64,000 nucleotides of DNA, from positions 1 to 64,000 of the forward strand of contig JAPEUI010000080.1 of the NCBI GenBank assembly GCA_026025075.1, read 5' to 3'. Made by a program: the position numbers and the translations under genes. Source of the stretch: Vezdaea acicularis. Lineage: Eukaryota. Every line of letters starts with the position of its first letter. Within the stretch, counting starts at the first letter, position 1. This document shows, one piece after another, positions 36,267 to 49,284 of the stretch. The notes under the pieces were generated by a model. The model made no database searches, was not told the DNA's origin, and saw only the letters and a list, made by a program, of their open reading frames with translations.

Positions 36267-38517
36267 CTAGCTTTCGTATTTAGCGATGTGAGTTTCGATG
36301 GCACTAAATCAGTTAGTGAAGCTTCGTGTGTAATAAGATGGTCCTAGGTACACATACCGTCCACTAGGGTCTGTCTGTTTCGACCACTTGGGTGTCCATC
36401 GCATGACAGTTGAAGCGCAGTAGGAGGGGAAATACTCATCGAACATTGTTCGATACCAATAGCTAAAACATCTGTTAGATATGTTCTAGCAAGAGGTATG
36501 TTAACCTACGCTTCTTTCGAATCTGGAGTATCAGCACCCCATTCAGGTTTGGGATTCTTCATTTGTTCGTCCGTGACGTGAAGCTCAGCATTATCTTTGA
36601 GGGCATCAATCCAGCCATAACCGACTCCGTCGCTGAATTGCTCCTTCTGGCGCCATAAGATCTTAGCGGGCAGGTAGGGGTCGGCATCAGGTTCATCACT
36701 TGTGTCGAATGCTTTTCTAAGGATATACTTCTCCATTCGATCCTTGGTAATCATTTTCTCTTTAGGGTCAATACTCATGGCGACCTCGAGGAACTAAGGC
36801 AAATTAACATTTCCCTTTAAACGAAAAGCTTCTGGGAGGCTTGCCTGTTTGTCTAGGAATGGAACTCGCGCTTCAACGCCCCAGGCAGAGGTAGATTTGT
36901 TGGCTCTTAAGCAGTCGGCAAGATGTAAATCCTTAACCCTGCGAATGGTCTCCTCGTGGAAAGCTCCTTTACTTGGTGCATTGTGGAAGTAAAGATAGCC
37001 CCCGAAAACTTCGTCACTCCCTTCTCCACTAAGCACCATTTTCACCCCGAGTGCCTTGATTTTCCTACTCAGGAGGAACATGGGGGTGGATGCTCGGATA
37101 GTTGTAACATCATACGTTTCAAGATGATAGATCACATCCGTCAGGGCATTCAACCCATCCTCAATCGTAAAAGTAAAATCATGATGTTTCGTCCCCAAGA
37201 ATTTTGCAACCTCTAAAGCAGCCTTAGTGTCTGGTGCGTTGGCAAGGCCAATGGAAAAAGAGTTGAGCTCAGGCAGGGTGGTTACGGTGGAGAGTTCATT
37301 CTCGTCGTTGATCCCAACAAGACCTTCCCCTGGTTGAGATGCATGCGAGGAGCTTCCGGCTATGTGGCCATTTTGCTGTGCGCGTTTAGATTTGAGGGAC
37401 TCGCGTTGGGCAATGGCTGCTACCAAGCTTGAGTCGAGGCCGCCAGAAAGAAGAACACCAAATGGAACCTCGGCCATCAATCTTTTCCGAACAGAGCTTT
37501 CAAGAGTAGTACGCAACAACTTGTAATCAATTGGCGTCGAGGGAACTCTGGTAGGATCCCACCAAGAGGGTTGGAAGTAGCGTGTCGTCTTGTTAGTCTT
37601 GGAGTCAAATATGTGACCTGGAGGAAATGATATGATCTTGTCACAGACAGGGTGAAGGCATTTCAATTCCGAGGCAAAGTATACTGCACCAGGTGTTTTG
37701 GTAGACCAGCCCTGATAAAAGCTCGTTATTCCAATTGGATCGCGAGCTGCGATCGTCCGGTCTTGATTCTTATCATAAAGGACCCACGAAAACATTCCAT
37801 CCAGATATTTGGGCGTGTCTAGGTCATGCTCAATGTACTAAGAAGCTTTCGGTGAGAACAATGTGGCTTGATCTAAGGGTTTGTAGAAGACGAACAATTG
37901 GTATGATTACTTCGCAGTCTGAATGAGTTTTAAAATTGTATGGCTTCTTTAGATGTTTCCGAAGAACGCGATGGTTGTAAATTTCGCCGTTGACAGCAAG
38001 GACCAACGAACCATCCTCGTTTGTAAGTGGCTGGGCTCCGCTATCTATAGAGAATTCAATACACAGACAAGACGTGCACCCCGGCGGAGAAGCTGACCAA
38101 CACCAACAATACTCAACCGTTCATGAGCGAGGACTATATGACGTTATGTCTCCGACCGTACAACAGGTCTTTGCCGTAGAGCTCAATTGGCTTACTTGTC
38201 TTGTTCGCAACAAAATTTCCACCTAAAGTGTCAGCTGCAGAGGCCTCAATTTATACCAGTGGCTTTCTTACTCCAGTCTGGTCCACGATGTCGGACTCTA
38301 GCAATTCAAGTCAATCCCGCCAATTATGGAGGGAATCTGGACAGTCACATACGCTTTGGCCATGCGCAGCGCGGTGGGCTTGAATTTTTGCACATCGGGA
38401 TGGCTTCAATCAGCAGCAGTCAGCCTGAGATACGACCGCGCATGAACAGAGCGAGTCATCACGGTTGCAGGAAGCGGGAGGTATTTCGTACCAATGGCAA
38501 GCGAATATGCCACACAT
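36267..38517 (-). CDS. ASN1: Glutamine-hydrolysing asparagine synthetase
   Basis: MCGIF start, [50 protein letters not shown] and [12 protein letters not shown]; many short 5' exons. Confidence 0.97.
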
Positions 38518-38572
38518 CTTCAGAGAATGCGAAGAGAGTTCGCCCAGACCCGCTTGTAACTAAGGCCAGCCC

Positions 38573-38688
38573 TTTATAGGGTCCGTAGAGAATGATTGAA
38601 GGGTAAGGGTGGTGAAGGGGCCCTATCTATGTGCGCACGAGAGCAGTTCTCTACTCTACGCGGGACTCTGCAAACTTTTTTGAGTCAT
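38573..38688 (-). promoter_or_regulatory. Asparagine synthetase promoter: TATAAA box (38573-38578) and Gcn4/CpcA site ATGACTCA (38681-38688)
   Basis: Perfect TGACTCA ~165 bp upstream of an amino-acid biosynthesis gene, with a TATA box in between. Confidence 0.65.
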
Positions 38689-39582
38689 GTCATTTCGAAG
38701 GTCGGTGGGCACGCTAACAGCATTATATGCAAGCAGCTGCATGCGCCAGCGTGCGCGGGGTTGGCTCGCTACAGGGAAGGTGTGGGATCGGCCCCGCTCT
38801 ACCGGGGGTGCTGATCGTTCGTACCTGCAAAGGCTCCACGCGGCTGTCGCCGCAGCTTCTCCAGCTGTTTCGTCTTGCCTGGAGCTTGGCTGGGAATCGG
38901 AGGCAGGGCCCCCACTCTCGGCTCTGTCGTGTGCCATCCCATCTACACGATCAGTCTGCCTCCCTTTGAGCGTGGACAGCTGCCAATTCCATTGCAAATT
39001 GCCGTTGCGATTATCATGATGGAATATGCCTTTTACGTAAAGCCCATCAGGTTCGGGGTTGCCTTCCGGGCCTTCGTTCAAGGTCCGTGCGCATCTCTGT
39101 ACTCGTGATTTGGAGCAGAAGCAAAACAGCCATTTGAACGGCGGCCCAGGGTTCTGAGAGGCCGTGACGTCTCCCACTCTGCACCCGCGGGAGCGGGGGC
39201 ATATGCTCACGTGGGGTTAGCACTTCCTTTTTCTCATTTCAACGTCATCGGCCAAAGGGTTTCAAGCTTCTATTCCAAGCCGGTGGCAGGGTTCAGAGGC
39301 AGAGAGAGCTCTTACAAGAGGTGGGGGGCGCGCCGAACGAAGTTTGGGGTGGCAGCCAACACGCATATTGCTTCATCTATCCTGGATAACTATCGTCTTT
39401 GGAAGAAGGGTATACCCAATGAAACGGCTCAGGTGGGTTGACTGGTATGCAAAAACCCACGAGTAAGATATGCAGAACATGATACGCCTTAGACTCCCAT
39501 TTGTGACGATATCAAAGCGCTATCGATTGTCTCTATCGATAATCGAATGAGCAAGGGAAGAATAGGATGGCGAGCATCTGAT

Positions 39583-40212
39583 TTAAGGTGCCGGGTGCTC
39601 TCTGACTAAATGCTTCACTTTCCTCTCATACGCAGCTCGATCTTTCTTGAAAAGGTTGTATGCGTCGGCCTGTGCTGGAGATTCAGGGTTTGGGTCGTCA
39701 AGAAGATCTTGAATACCAAGCAAGATCTGTTTGATCGTGATCGCGGGTTTCCAGCCCTCTTCTTCATTCAGGATAGACAGGCAGACGGTACCAGATGGAT
39801 AGACGTTTGGGTGGAACAAGGGCGGAGTGAATTTGCCTGTTCTCGTCAGTCATACGCAATGTAGAGAGCTGCCTGGCGTAATACATTTCGGTGGTTTTGT
39901 TGGGTATTCTAGAAGCAATCATTAGTCTACGGCGCTCCGATAAGAGAATAGGTCCGAGCTCACCGTCTCCGAAGGTGACCGTCAGCTTGAACAAGCCTCC
40001 CTCCCACATAGTTTTTTCTTTTCCAGGCACCCCGCATTCCCACTGCTTCAAGTCAAGAATGCCTTGCGCATTCCGCTGTGGCTTCGCATAGAATCCAAAT
40101 GGGTGGTCGCGCCGCCATTGCTTACTGTTATACTAGAGTCAGCCGAGACCAAACTCTATAGGTGAAGCTCAACTCACCGCTCCTCTTGAAGCCGATTCTG
40201 ACAAAGGGACAT
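39583..40212 (-). CDS. UBC9: SUMO-conjugating E2 enzyme
   Basis: [39 protein letters not shown] and [11 protein letters not shown]. Confidence 0.97.
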
Positions 40213-40619
40213 CCTGGCTCTGTTGAACTGGTATAACCGAGATAGAAGTTCGCTGGTAGCGTTGCTTCCGGAGCTTCAGATGGCGCGGAAGCACGGAAAA
40301 AGATGGTTGAAAGGGTATGCTTGAACCAAACCACACGTGCTGTGTTAGGCTGAGCGATACGTGGGTTTTGTAACCTACTCAGATGTGTGTGACTTTATAG
40401 AAGACCGGGACCGTAATCGTTAACGAGGGTAGCCACCCGCCACGTCAAACATGTGCAAACACCTATGGGTTTAGCCTCACCCACCGGACAGCCCAGCAAT
40501 GAGGCTCCATCACCTCGGCTCGTTTAACAACTACGTAAACTCTCTTTTGAGTTCCGAGACTACGAATTCTCTATTTCACTCTGCGTCCTTGAGACTGAAT
40601 GCCCCGCAGGTTACAAACC

Positions 40620-41734
40620 ATGGCCGATGATAAGGAACTACACGAAGCATCACAAATAAATATAAGCTCGAAGTATCCGAACAATGCCCCTACCAGCGAG
40701 GTACCTGATCCTGATGAGGACGACCTCGACGATCTGGATGGTTGGGATGAACTCTTACCTCCTTAGACAAGCTAGATCAGCTGATGTTTTCAAGAGATTC
40801 TCGATGAGTTTGCAGCCGTTAAGCTAGATACAGAAGCAACTAAAGAGACTCCGAACCCCAACCTTCCAAAACCAAAAGGCTCAATCGACCCTGGTAACGA
40901 CGAAGGTGAGGATGACGACTTCGTAAGATTATTAAATGCTGGTATGGCAGACCTTCTTGGGGACTTACAGACCACGGTAAAGCCCCTGAAATATTGTGTG
41001 GAAGGGCCTTACTCACTTCAGATTGCAGCCCGATACGCAGGCGCAATTCGAAAAGCTAGTGAAGGAGTTTGAAACAAGTATGGCACCGCCCGAGGTTTAC
41101 TCGAAGGAGGACCCTGCTAGCGCAGGTGGATCTATGAATAAATCAACCTCTACTGAAGCAACTAGCGATCTTTTTCAAGAGACCATTCGCCGCACAATGG
41201 AACGCATGCAAAAATCAGGGGACCAAGCGACAGCAGCAGCCACCTCCGAGGATCCAGACGATATACTAGCTGAGATGCTTAAGCAGATGCAGAATGGAGC
41301 CTTGGGTGAACCTGACAACGAAGAAGATTTTTCAAAGATACTTCTGGGTATGATGGAACAACTGACAAATAAGGATATCTTATATGACCCCATGAAAGAA
41401 CTAAACGACAAGTTTCCCAACTGGATCGCTCAGCACAAGGAGACTGTATCAACGGAGGATCTAGAAAGGTATCAGGAACAACAGACCGTTGTGGGAGAGA
41501 TTGTCGCTAGATTCGAGCAATCGACATACCAAGACACAAATTCTGAAGATAGGCAGTATATTGTGGAAAGGATGCAAAAGGTATGTTAACGGCCTCGATA
41601 TTTCAAGTTTAACATCCCGCATTGACGAATGGTAGATGCAAGCCGCGGGTTCTCCACCACCTGATCTTGTCGGCGACTTGAGTTCAGCCCAGGAAGCTTT
41701 AGGGGATCTTGAGACAGGCTGCCCTCAACAGTGA
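40620..41734 (+). CDS. PEX19: Peroxin 19
   Basis: DEDDLDDLD N-terminus, MMEQLTNKDILYDPMKEL, MQAAGSPPPDL and a C-terminal CaaX box CPQQ*. Confidence 0.95.
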
Positions 41735-41973
41735 TTTGTTTGTCATAAGGAACATCATGCAAAACATCAAAACGATGGGACAATCATCAAAGGATACTGG
41801 AACGACAGGTGCCATTTAAGACCTAGTGACAGCTACGATATTCACCCTACATGGTGGGTTGAGGAGAGCGATTCAACTCAAGTTACCTTGGATTTAATTC
41901 GTAAACACTCCGCGAAAACCAGATTATACCGGGCACCCGTAACGCCGCCACCAAACAGAACTACACACTCGTC

Positions 41974-42765
41974 TCATGTGATATCCATCTCATCGCGTCG
42001 AGTTTCGTCTCCTGCATCGAAGGTTCCTCGACTCATTTGATTCGAACTAGCGAATTGGTCTAAAGCTTCCAAGAAAAGCTGATCGTCGTCTTCGTCATCA
42101 ATGCCACAGTAAGATGGTGAATGCCTAGTTTCAGGCAGGTTTTCACGATCCTGACTAGGGTGTGGCGCATCACCGGCTTGTCTGGGTTCCATCAGGGCCA
42201 CTAAGGCCTGAAGGTCTTCTTGCTCTTGTTTCATAGTATCTTCGAGCACACCAGCTTCTGTGATGGAGATTAGTCAGGGCCCCTCCGATGAAACTCATTT
42301 TGCTAAATACCATCAAAAACAGGAGGACTTGTTTCTTGCATATCCTCTGGTCCAGTCTCGGTCACATTCTCGGCAGCTCGAGCTTGAACGGCCTCCCATC
42401 TTCGTTGCTCGGAGATCCAGATGGACCGCATCATTTCCTGTTGAATATGGTGAAAAACTATCGCGCTAAGAGGTAGAGGAATTGCTCACCTCACTTTCGC
42501 CGCCACGAGCAGCCCATGTACGATCATCTCTTCCTCGTCTAACGTTTTGTAAGTACAAACTCCGTTGCCGATCTGCAGCCGTTTCCTTTCTTTGCAGGAG
42601 TGGGTTCGCTTTATAGCTTCTCTTGTTCGATTTGCGTGATGGTGGAGTCATCAGAGAGAAGAATGGGTAGATTGGAGAAGGGATGTTTGTGCTACGCTGA
42701 CCTAATGGCGAAGGGAAAGAAGGCGTTGTATCAGAGCAATACAACGACGGGGGGTCTGCGAACAT
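41974..42765 (-). CDS. Three-exon hypothetical protein (basic N-terminus, acidic C-terminus)
   Basis: Exons join in phase: ...RSLYLQNVRRGRDDRTWAARGGESE/EMMRSIWISEQRRWE.../...EQEDLQALVALM...DDDQLF. The start is uncertain. Confidence 0.7.
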
Positions 42766-43362
42766 CTTGAGATGACATGCACGTAATTGCTGGGAGGCTC
42801 TGAAAGGACTTGAGGTCGAGCCTGACGAAGCTTACGGAACGCGAAAGTGAGAACGCGCTTTCGCGCGTGGAGATGGTCGGCAATCAACTCCTTTAGCGTA
42901 TGGAGTGAGACACGTGATTACCCTACTAGATCTTTGAGAGAGTGCTTGACACGAACTACCATCGACAATCATAGCATTCTAGATGGCGTTGAAGTTGAGA
43001 GCTGATATTAGCAATTACTTTAACATGTCCGAGTTCAGCTACTTATGCCCAACTTACACGCTCGAACAGAGCCTTCATCCACACGGGGGTCGAGTCCATT
43101 CCTGGCGGTAACTAGCCGAAAGTGCTGACTAATCGATCTCCCTTTCCCCTTCGCGTTTCTTGCTCGCTGTGACAGCGAAGTCGAACCGCCCAAGCACCAG
43201 CAACTCTCTTTCATTCCAACTTCTTCCGTTCCCAATTCATTTCATCAAGACGCTCTTTACAGCTCCGCTCGCTTACTTCGTTCACTTCGACGATTCTCCC
43301 TCGCTTCTTTCGCTCATTACCATCAGCAATTCATTATTTGAAGACCTTGTCAGTTCATCATT

Positions 43363-44445
43363 ATGTTTGCCAAACAGACCCTCCTTTTTGCCTTGTTCGC
43401 CATCTCAGCTCAAGTCGTCATCGCAACACCCCCGGCCTGTCTTTTGGCTGTGATTGAGTTAGTTCGACGGATCTCTGAAGCATCCAGCAATTGATCGCTG
43501 ACTTTTACAGGACTCAACCAGACCCGACAGATTTCAGCACGATCTGTGGTTCCAAGTCATCCGATATTCAATCTCAGATCTCGAAAGCCTGTGGCAGCAG
43601 TTCTTCAGACGCCTTGAGTGCATATTCTGATACGTGTAAAGCTGCTGGCAAAGCCATCTGTACGTTGCCATTGATTCGTTTCTTCTTGCCAACCTTCAAA
43701 CGAATTATTAGCTCAATCTATTCTCTTGATCAAGATCACTGACTACCGTACACAGCCTCGATATCTTCTTCATCATCTAGCGCGGCTTCCTCAACGTCAG
43801 TGTCTTCATCAGTTACCTCTTCAACCTCCGGCTCTTTCTCTTCTTCCGCCTCTGCAACGTCAGTATCTTTCACTTCTGGGATGAATGTTACGACTCCGAT
43901 CCAGACGTCTACGTACTATGATAGCTCTTGTAGCTGTACGAAGACTGCTGTAATGGGGTTTGTCTCACAGTTCTCGTTGATTCCATTTGGTGCTAGAATG
44001 CTGCATTGCACGCACCTGTTCCCCCCCCCCCAATCCGAATGGAGACTGTTAAGTCTTCTTAGCATCGTACCTAGCCTCTATCACGCTGATGATCGGTGTA
44101 AGCATGTGGCAATGCTAACATCTACTACAGTGCTTCTTCTGGTTCCACGTTGGCAACCTTGACAACCTCCAGCGGCTCCCCTATCAGCGCAGCAGGTGGT
44201 ACGTTATTCCCTTCCTCGAGTTTCGAAAACAATACAGATCCGCCTTTCTTTCTTCCAGGGGGCAGAACATGAGACTAATAATTTTCGTTTCCGCAGGAGC
44301 TACTGGTGGTAGCGGATCTAAAGCAACTGGTACAGCGTCTGCATCTGCCCCCAGCTCTACTTTCTCTGGCGCAGCAACTCAAGCTTATGCTGGATCTGTG
44401 GCTGCTGCTGCTCTTGTAGCTGCAGGGCTCGCAGCCGCCTTGTAG
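43363..44445 (+). CDS. Secreted Ser/Thr-rich GPI-anchored cell wall protein with a small Cys-containing (CFEM-like) N-domain
   Basis: Signal peptide MFAKQTLLFALFAISAQVVIA, TPPACLL...ICG...C...C, an S/T-rich stalk and the GPI tail FSGAA...ALVAAGLAAAL*; four introns. Confidence 0.85.
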
Positions 44446-44888
44446 GAAGCCTCGACTACCATATTACTAAGTCACGGAGGCTTTCTGGAGAGGGAAATGG
44501 TAGTTTCGATCCGATCCATACGACAGAAGTGCAGGATCTTTGATCAGCATACAAATGGCTCTTCGATGACTTCCAACTGAGTTTGTCGCTTGCAGGACAT
44601 TGGTTGCTGTTTACCTGGCACGCAGGCTTTCTCATTGAGCAAAAGGCTCGAAGTATCTTTGCATTATTCAAGCCTTACATGGCTAAAAGTGGGGTTTGAT
44701 GTTGCTTATCGTAGCATAGACTGTAGCACACAACGTATTAATTTGCAGGATTGCAGCGGATTGGCATTGCATTTTCTCAAACAAGTCCGAAGTTATTTCT
44801 TGCTTTCGAAAGGCGCTCTGCCTTGCGCCAATAACTTCAATGAAAGCAGTACATTTGTTCTTAAGGGTCTTTCTCGATGACGAACCCT

Positions 44889-46157
44889 TTACCCGCCTGT
44901 CGCTTCTCTGTAAAAAGAGATACTCCTGGCTGCACCTGCCACAGCGAACGCCTCACTTCTTCCAGCTTTTTTCGGAAGCCACTTCACACTCCATACAGTT
45001 TTTTCCGTCTGGTTATGTGTTGCAACGCAGACTCTTTGATCTACTGACCAAACCTTCAGCTTCCCATCGAACGCACTTGAGACACAGTAAGCGGCTTGTA
45101 TGCTGACAGAACATAGCATTGACCTACCCACTGAGCAGATATTCTCCCGTATAACTCCAATCAATGGAGAACACCCAGGCAGAATGACCCATCAAATTAG
45201 CTACTTGCTCCCCTGACTTAATGTCATACAAAGCGATAACCTTAGCGTCTCCAGTGGCAGCAAGCAGTGTAGAACCTGGAGAGAAGGCGACAGAACGGAC
45301 AGGCTTAGCCAGACCTGGTCACAGTCAATTCTCAACGAGATATCGAAGAAAGGTTGGGTACCACGAACCAGGTAGGGAATGTTGTAAACGGCCAGTGATA
45401 TTGTTAAAGACGTAAACGGCGCCATTCTCATGACCAGAAGCCGTGAAATTGCCGTCAGCGGACTTGACGAATAACTATCAGCGATCTTAGTTCCTTGCTG
45501 CGCATGCTCACATTCTCACCAGATCTATGCACAAGCCGAAGCTTCCCTTTGTCTCATACTGTCTTATTCTTTTTCGCTCGCCTGTTGTCTCCCAGACATT
45601 GATACGCCCATCATATGCCGTGCTAGCAAGGAACATGCCATCATGAGAAAGAGCTACAGCCCAGATCTCACCAGCATTGTTACCATCTGATCAAAGAATT
45701 ACACTTTTAGACATTTAAGAGGAAGTCGGCCGCTCGAACTTTACCTTCGACTTTACCATCTTCCACCCAGCCGGCTTCTGGACTTTCGCCTGCCATCATC
45801 CAAATCTTGGTTTGGCCTTCGAACCCAACACTAGCAGCTCTTGTGCCATCTTTGCTAGTAGCCACATGATGACACCCTAGCTTGTGAGCGCTGTGTAGGG
45901 TTTGAGATAGTGGATAGTCTGCTGTCCCAATCGAGTGAACTTTAAGGTGAGATGAGCCAGAGGCCGACAGAATATGTGTTGGTGTCACAGCAAGTGAGAA
46001 GATATCGGTTGGATGCGCTTCTCAAGTTAGCATTTCGATCATAAGCAGACCTCAATGGAATCATCACCGGTATCAATGGTGTGGATAGTGAGGTATTGTT
46101 TTGACTGTAAGTTTTGTTAAAATATCTTCCACCAAGGCTTGCTACTTCACTTGCCAT
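44889..46157 (-). CDS. SKI8: WD40 protein Ski8/Rec14
   Basis: M/SKQYLTIHTIDT/AHPTDIFSLA, AHKLGCHH, GSFGLCID, GHSAWVFSIDW and ISFYREATGG*. Confidence 0.92.
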
Positions 46158-46519
46158 GACGGATCAATGGACGAGCTTCTACAGCTTGCTTATGCCACTC
46201 TATTGCTGCAATTAAATGGTAAAATAACGTTTATAACGTAGATTACGTCGTGGAAGAGGATTATCAGACTAGCATCGGAAATCTTGGTAGTTTCCACAAA
46301 GTCTAGTAGTAGGAATCAGAGTAGGGACGGCCGCTAACAAGCTCAGTGGCACGATTTGCAATTGCTACCTAAGGGAGATATAGGTGAGACGCAATGTGCT
46401 CTAGAAATTCCTCTAAACTAGCCACAAGGTACCAGGACGTGTAAATGTGACGTTGAACACCGCCCGATGCAAATGTTTCCTACAACATCCCTACAGCTCC
46501 CACGCTGCTCTCAGATGCG

Positions 46520-47052
46520 TCACCGCCTCTCAAGCGTTGACTTCCGCATTCTTTGCTCAACTTCCTCCTGTTCTTTCGCTTCTTTTGCGATAGCAACATC
46601 TCGGGCGTCGTCCTTCCACCTTTCCTTTATCTCTATAGCGCCAGCACAATTAGTACTGGTCTCCTCCGTTTAAGGTGTATTTATAACCCACTATCAACGC
46701 AATATGGGCACAAGAAGTGCGCTCTCTTTACGCTACCACATGCGGGGCATTTGTTCAGTGCCGTGACGTCTTTCAAGGCTTTCCCTGCCATTTGTCGATG
46801 GCGCTTTTTCATGTGTGATGTTTTCTTCTTAGGGACTGCTCGTAATATTGAGCCCCATAGGCCGGATAGGATATCGGGGATGTTTATATGAATTGCGGTC
46901 GGTATGCTAATTGTCAAAATTGGAAGAAAGGAGTATTTGTTAAGCCGGCTCAAGGCCCTCTCGGCCTGAGTTCGAGGAGTGGGATTGGCAAGAGGAAGAC
47001 CAGTCAAAAGGTATAGAGGAGATTTGGCGAGGGGGAAAAGTCGAGAAGCCAT
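46520..47052 (-). CDS. MRPL32: Mitochondrial 54S ribosomal protein L32 (bL32m)
   Basis: Presequence followed by [14 protein letters not shown]...HFLCPYC zinc motifs; one late intron. Confidence 0.92.
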
Positions 47053-47441
47053 GCTCGAAGGCTCAATAGGCCTGTAAGCCGCAGTTGCTCCCCAAGTATT
47101 GTATCTAGCTCCGTAGCATCAATGGGGCAGTGTCGTGAGAAGTCGCGTCCAAGCACCATCAAATTCGTGATAGGTTCCTACCTTGTAGCTAAAAAGCTGC
47201 TGCCCAATCGCCTTGCATGCTAAAGGAAAGTCGCTAGTCAGAAATAGACATAGCGCTCTTTCCCCTATTTCTGCGGTGCGTGTGAAATTTAGCTGGCTGC
47301 TTCCTTAGCGACCCCTGTGCAGACACGAACAATCCAAACGGTCTCCAATCTACTCACGTCGTTCTCCAGACATTTCAAAGCGCATAGCCACTGTCCAGTA
47401 CTACCAGCCTGACGACTAACAAGCTTCGCTGAAGAATTGCA

Positions 47442-48838
47442 ATGGCATCTAACGCCATGTCGGCCTCCCAAAGTGCCGTCTTCCCCCGAAGCCACGTTGG
47501 GTTTGACAGCATCACGTCGCAAATTGAACGGAAATTACTTAAACGGGGCTTTCAATTCAATGTCATCTGTGTTGGTGAGTCTTCACCTGGACTTCTCTAT
47601 ATGGGCTTAGTCTTTGACGTGGCGATGCATAGGACAAACCGGCCTGGGAAAGTCGACATTGATCAATACTATCTTTGCCTCACACCTCATCGACTCTAAA
47701 GGCCGCTTGACACCAGATGAGCATGTGCGTTCCACTACTGAAATCCAGACCGTCTCACATAGTGAGTTTCTTGCACTTTAATTGTTGAGATTTGTACTCA
47801 TGGGGTTGTATAGTTATCGAGGAGAACGGAGTCCGTCTTCGATTGAACATTGTCGATACACCTGGATATGGAGATCAAGTTAACAATGACAGATGGTAAC
47901 CACCCACTTAGTGACAGGGCCTATACTTCTCCGTCTGACTATGTATTAGCTGGGATCCTATAGTGAAGTACATCAAGGACCAACATTCCGCATATCTCCG
48001 AAAAGAGCTCACCGCTCAGCGGGAACGTTACATTCAAGACACACGCATTCATTGCTGTCTTTTCTTCATCCAGCCATCTGGACATGCGTAGGTTAATCTT
48101 TGATGTGCTGATATGCACATATGCTAAGTAAATATTAGACTTAAGCCAATTGACATCGTCGTCTTGAAGAAGCTTTCTGATGTTGTCAATGTTGTCCCCG
48201 TCATTGCCAAGTCAGACTCTCTGACTTTGGAAGAACGAAGTGCATTCAAGGAGAGGGTAATAAACACACAACACTTCTGTAGTAAGTTGCTAACGGATGC
48301 GTGTAGATCAAGGAAGAGTTCCAGTTCCATAACCTGAAGATGTACCCTTATGATAACGATGAACTCGATGAGGAGGAGCGTGCGTTGAACGCGCAGATCA
48401 AGGTTTGTAACCCTTCGCGCAAGCGACCAATTGTTGCTAATTGGTGAAGAACATCATTCCGTTTGCAGTTGTTGGCTCCGAGAAGACAATCACAATTGGT
48501 GGAAAGCAGGTGCGGGGGCGTCAAAATCGATGGGGTGTGATCAATGGTAAGATTTCTTGTTCATAACCTTCATGTGAGCATACGCTTATGCTCCTTTAGT
48601 CGAGGACGAGAACCATTGTGAATTCGTGTACTTGCGCAACTTCCTGACCAGAACACACCTCCAAGACCTCATTGAAACTACCTCTCAGATCCACTATGAG
48701 ACCTTCCGTGCGAAACAACTCCTTGCACTTAAGGAGAGCAGCGCTGCCGGCGGTCACTCAGGAAGCAGGCCCATCAGTCCATCGGCTGATCGTGAGCTCA
48801 GTCGGAACTCGCACAGAAACACCATGAATGGCTACTAA
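47442..48838 (+). CDS. CDC10: Septin Cdc10/AspD
   Basis: HVGFDSITSQIE, GQTGLGKS, DTPGYGD, AKSD and RQNRWG; no C-terminal coiled coil. Confidence 0.93.
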
Positions 48839-49284
48839 GGAAAGCGAGGTGACCGATAAGCTGTGGGGCAAGGCAGGAGGAAGAGGAAGGAAAGATGATA
48901 TCTTATGAGGTAGCGAATGCATGCTATTGAAGCGGTCTCTTTGCTTTTCGGCGATACGGGATAAAGCCTAGCCTTTTGAGATGATGTGCGAAATATCCTT
49001 TGCTTTAATACTTCTGATTCATCTTACTCTGTACATCGCTATGAATGTATCATAGCGTTTGAAAAGTAGGGTGATGAGGAGCGATTGTGACCGAATGTTG
49101 ATTGTTCGCAAGTCTTAATATAGGTTTAGAGAGGCTTCCATTCTATGACTGCATACAGAACGCTTGCCCCCTTCGTATCAAAGCCAGCAACCCGGCGTGA
49201 GAGGCTCATAGCCTTCGGTCCCACATCTTTCATTTTGATAATCTGCCAGTAGCACCTACGGTCGAGCCCCCCCCCCCTTTCACG

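Noticed and set aside
36240..36269. TAG-CTA readthrough context at the asparagine synthetase stop
   Set aside because: The extension would end -LVR, which is not a PTS1, and the efficient fungal motif is TGA-CTA.
43070..43125. GGTCGAGTCC T-loop-like motif
   Set aside because: No cloverleaf can be folded around it.
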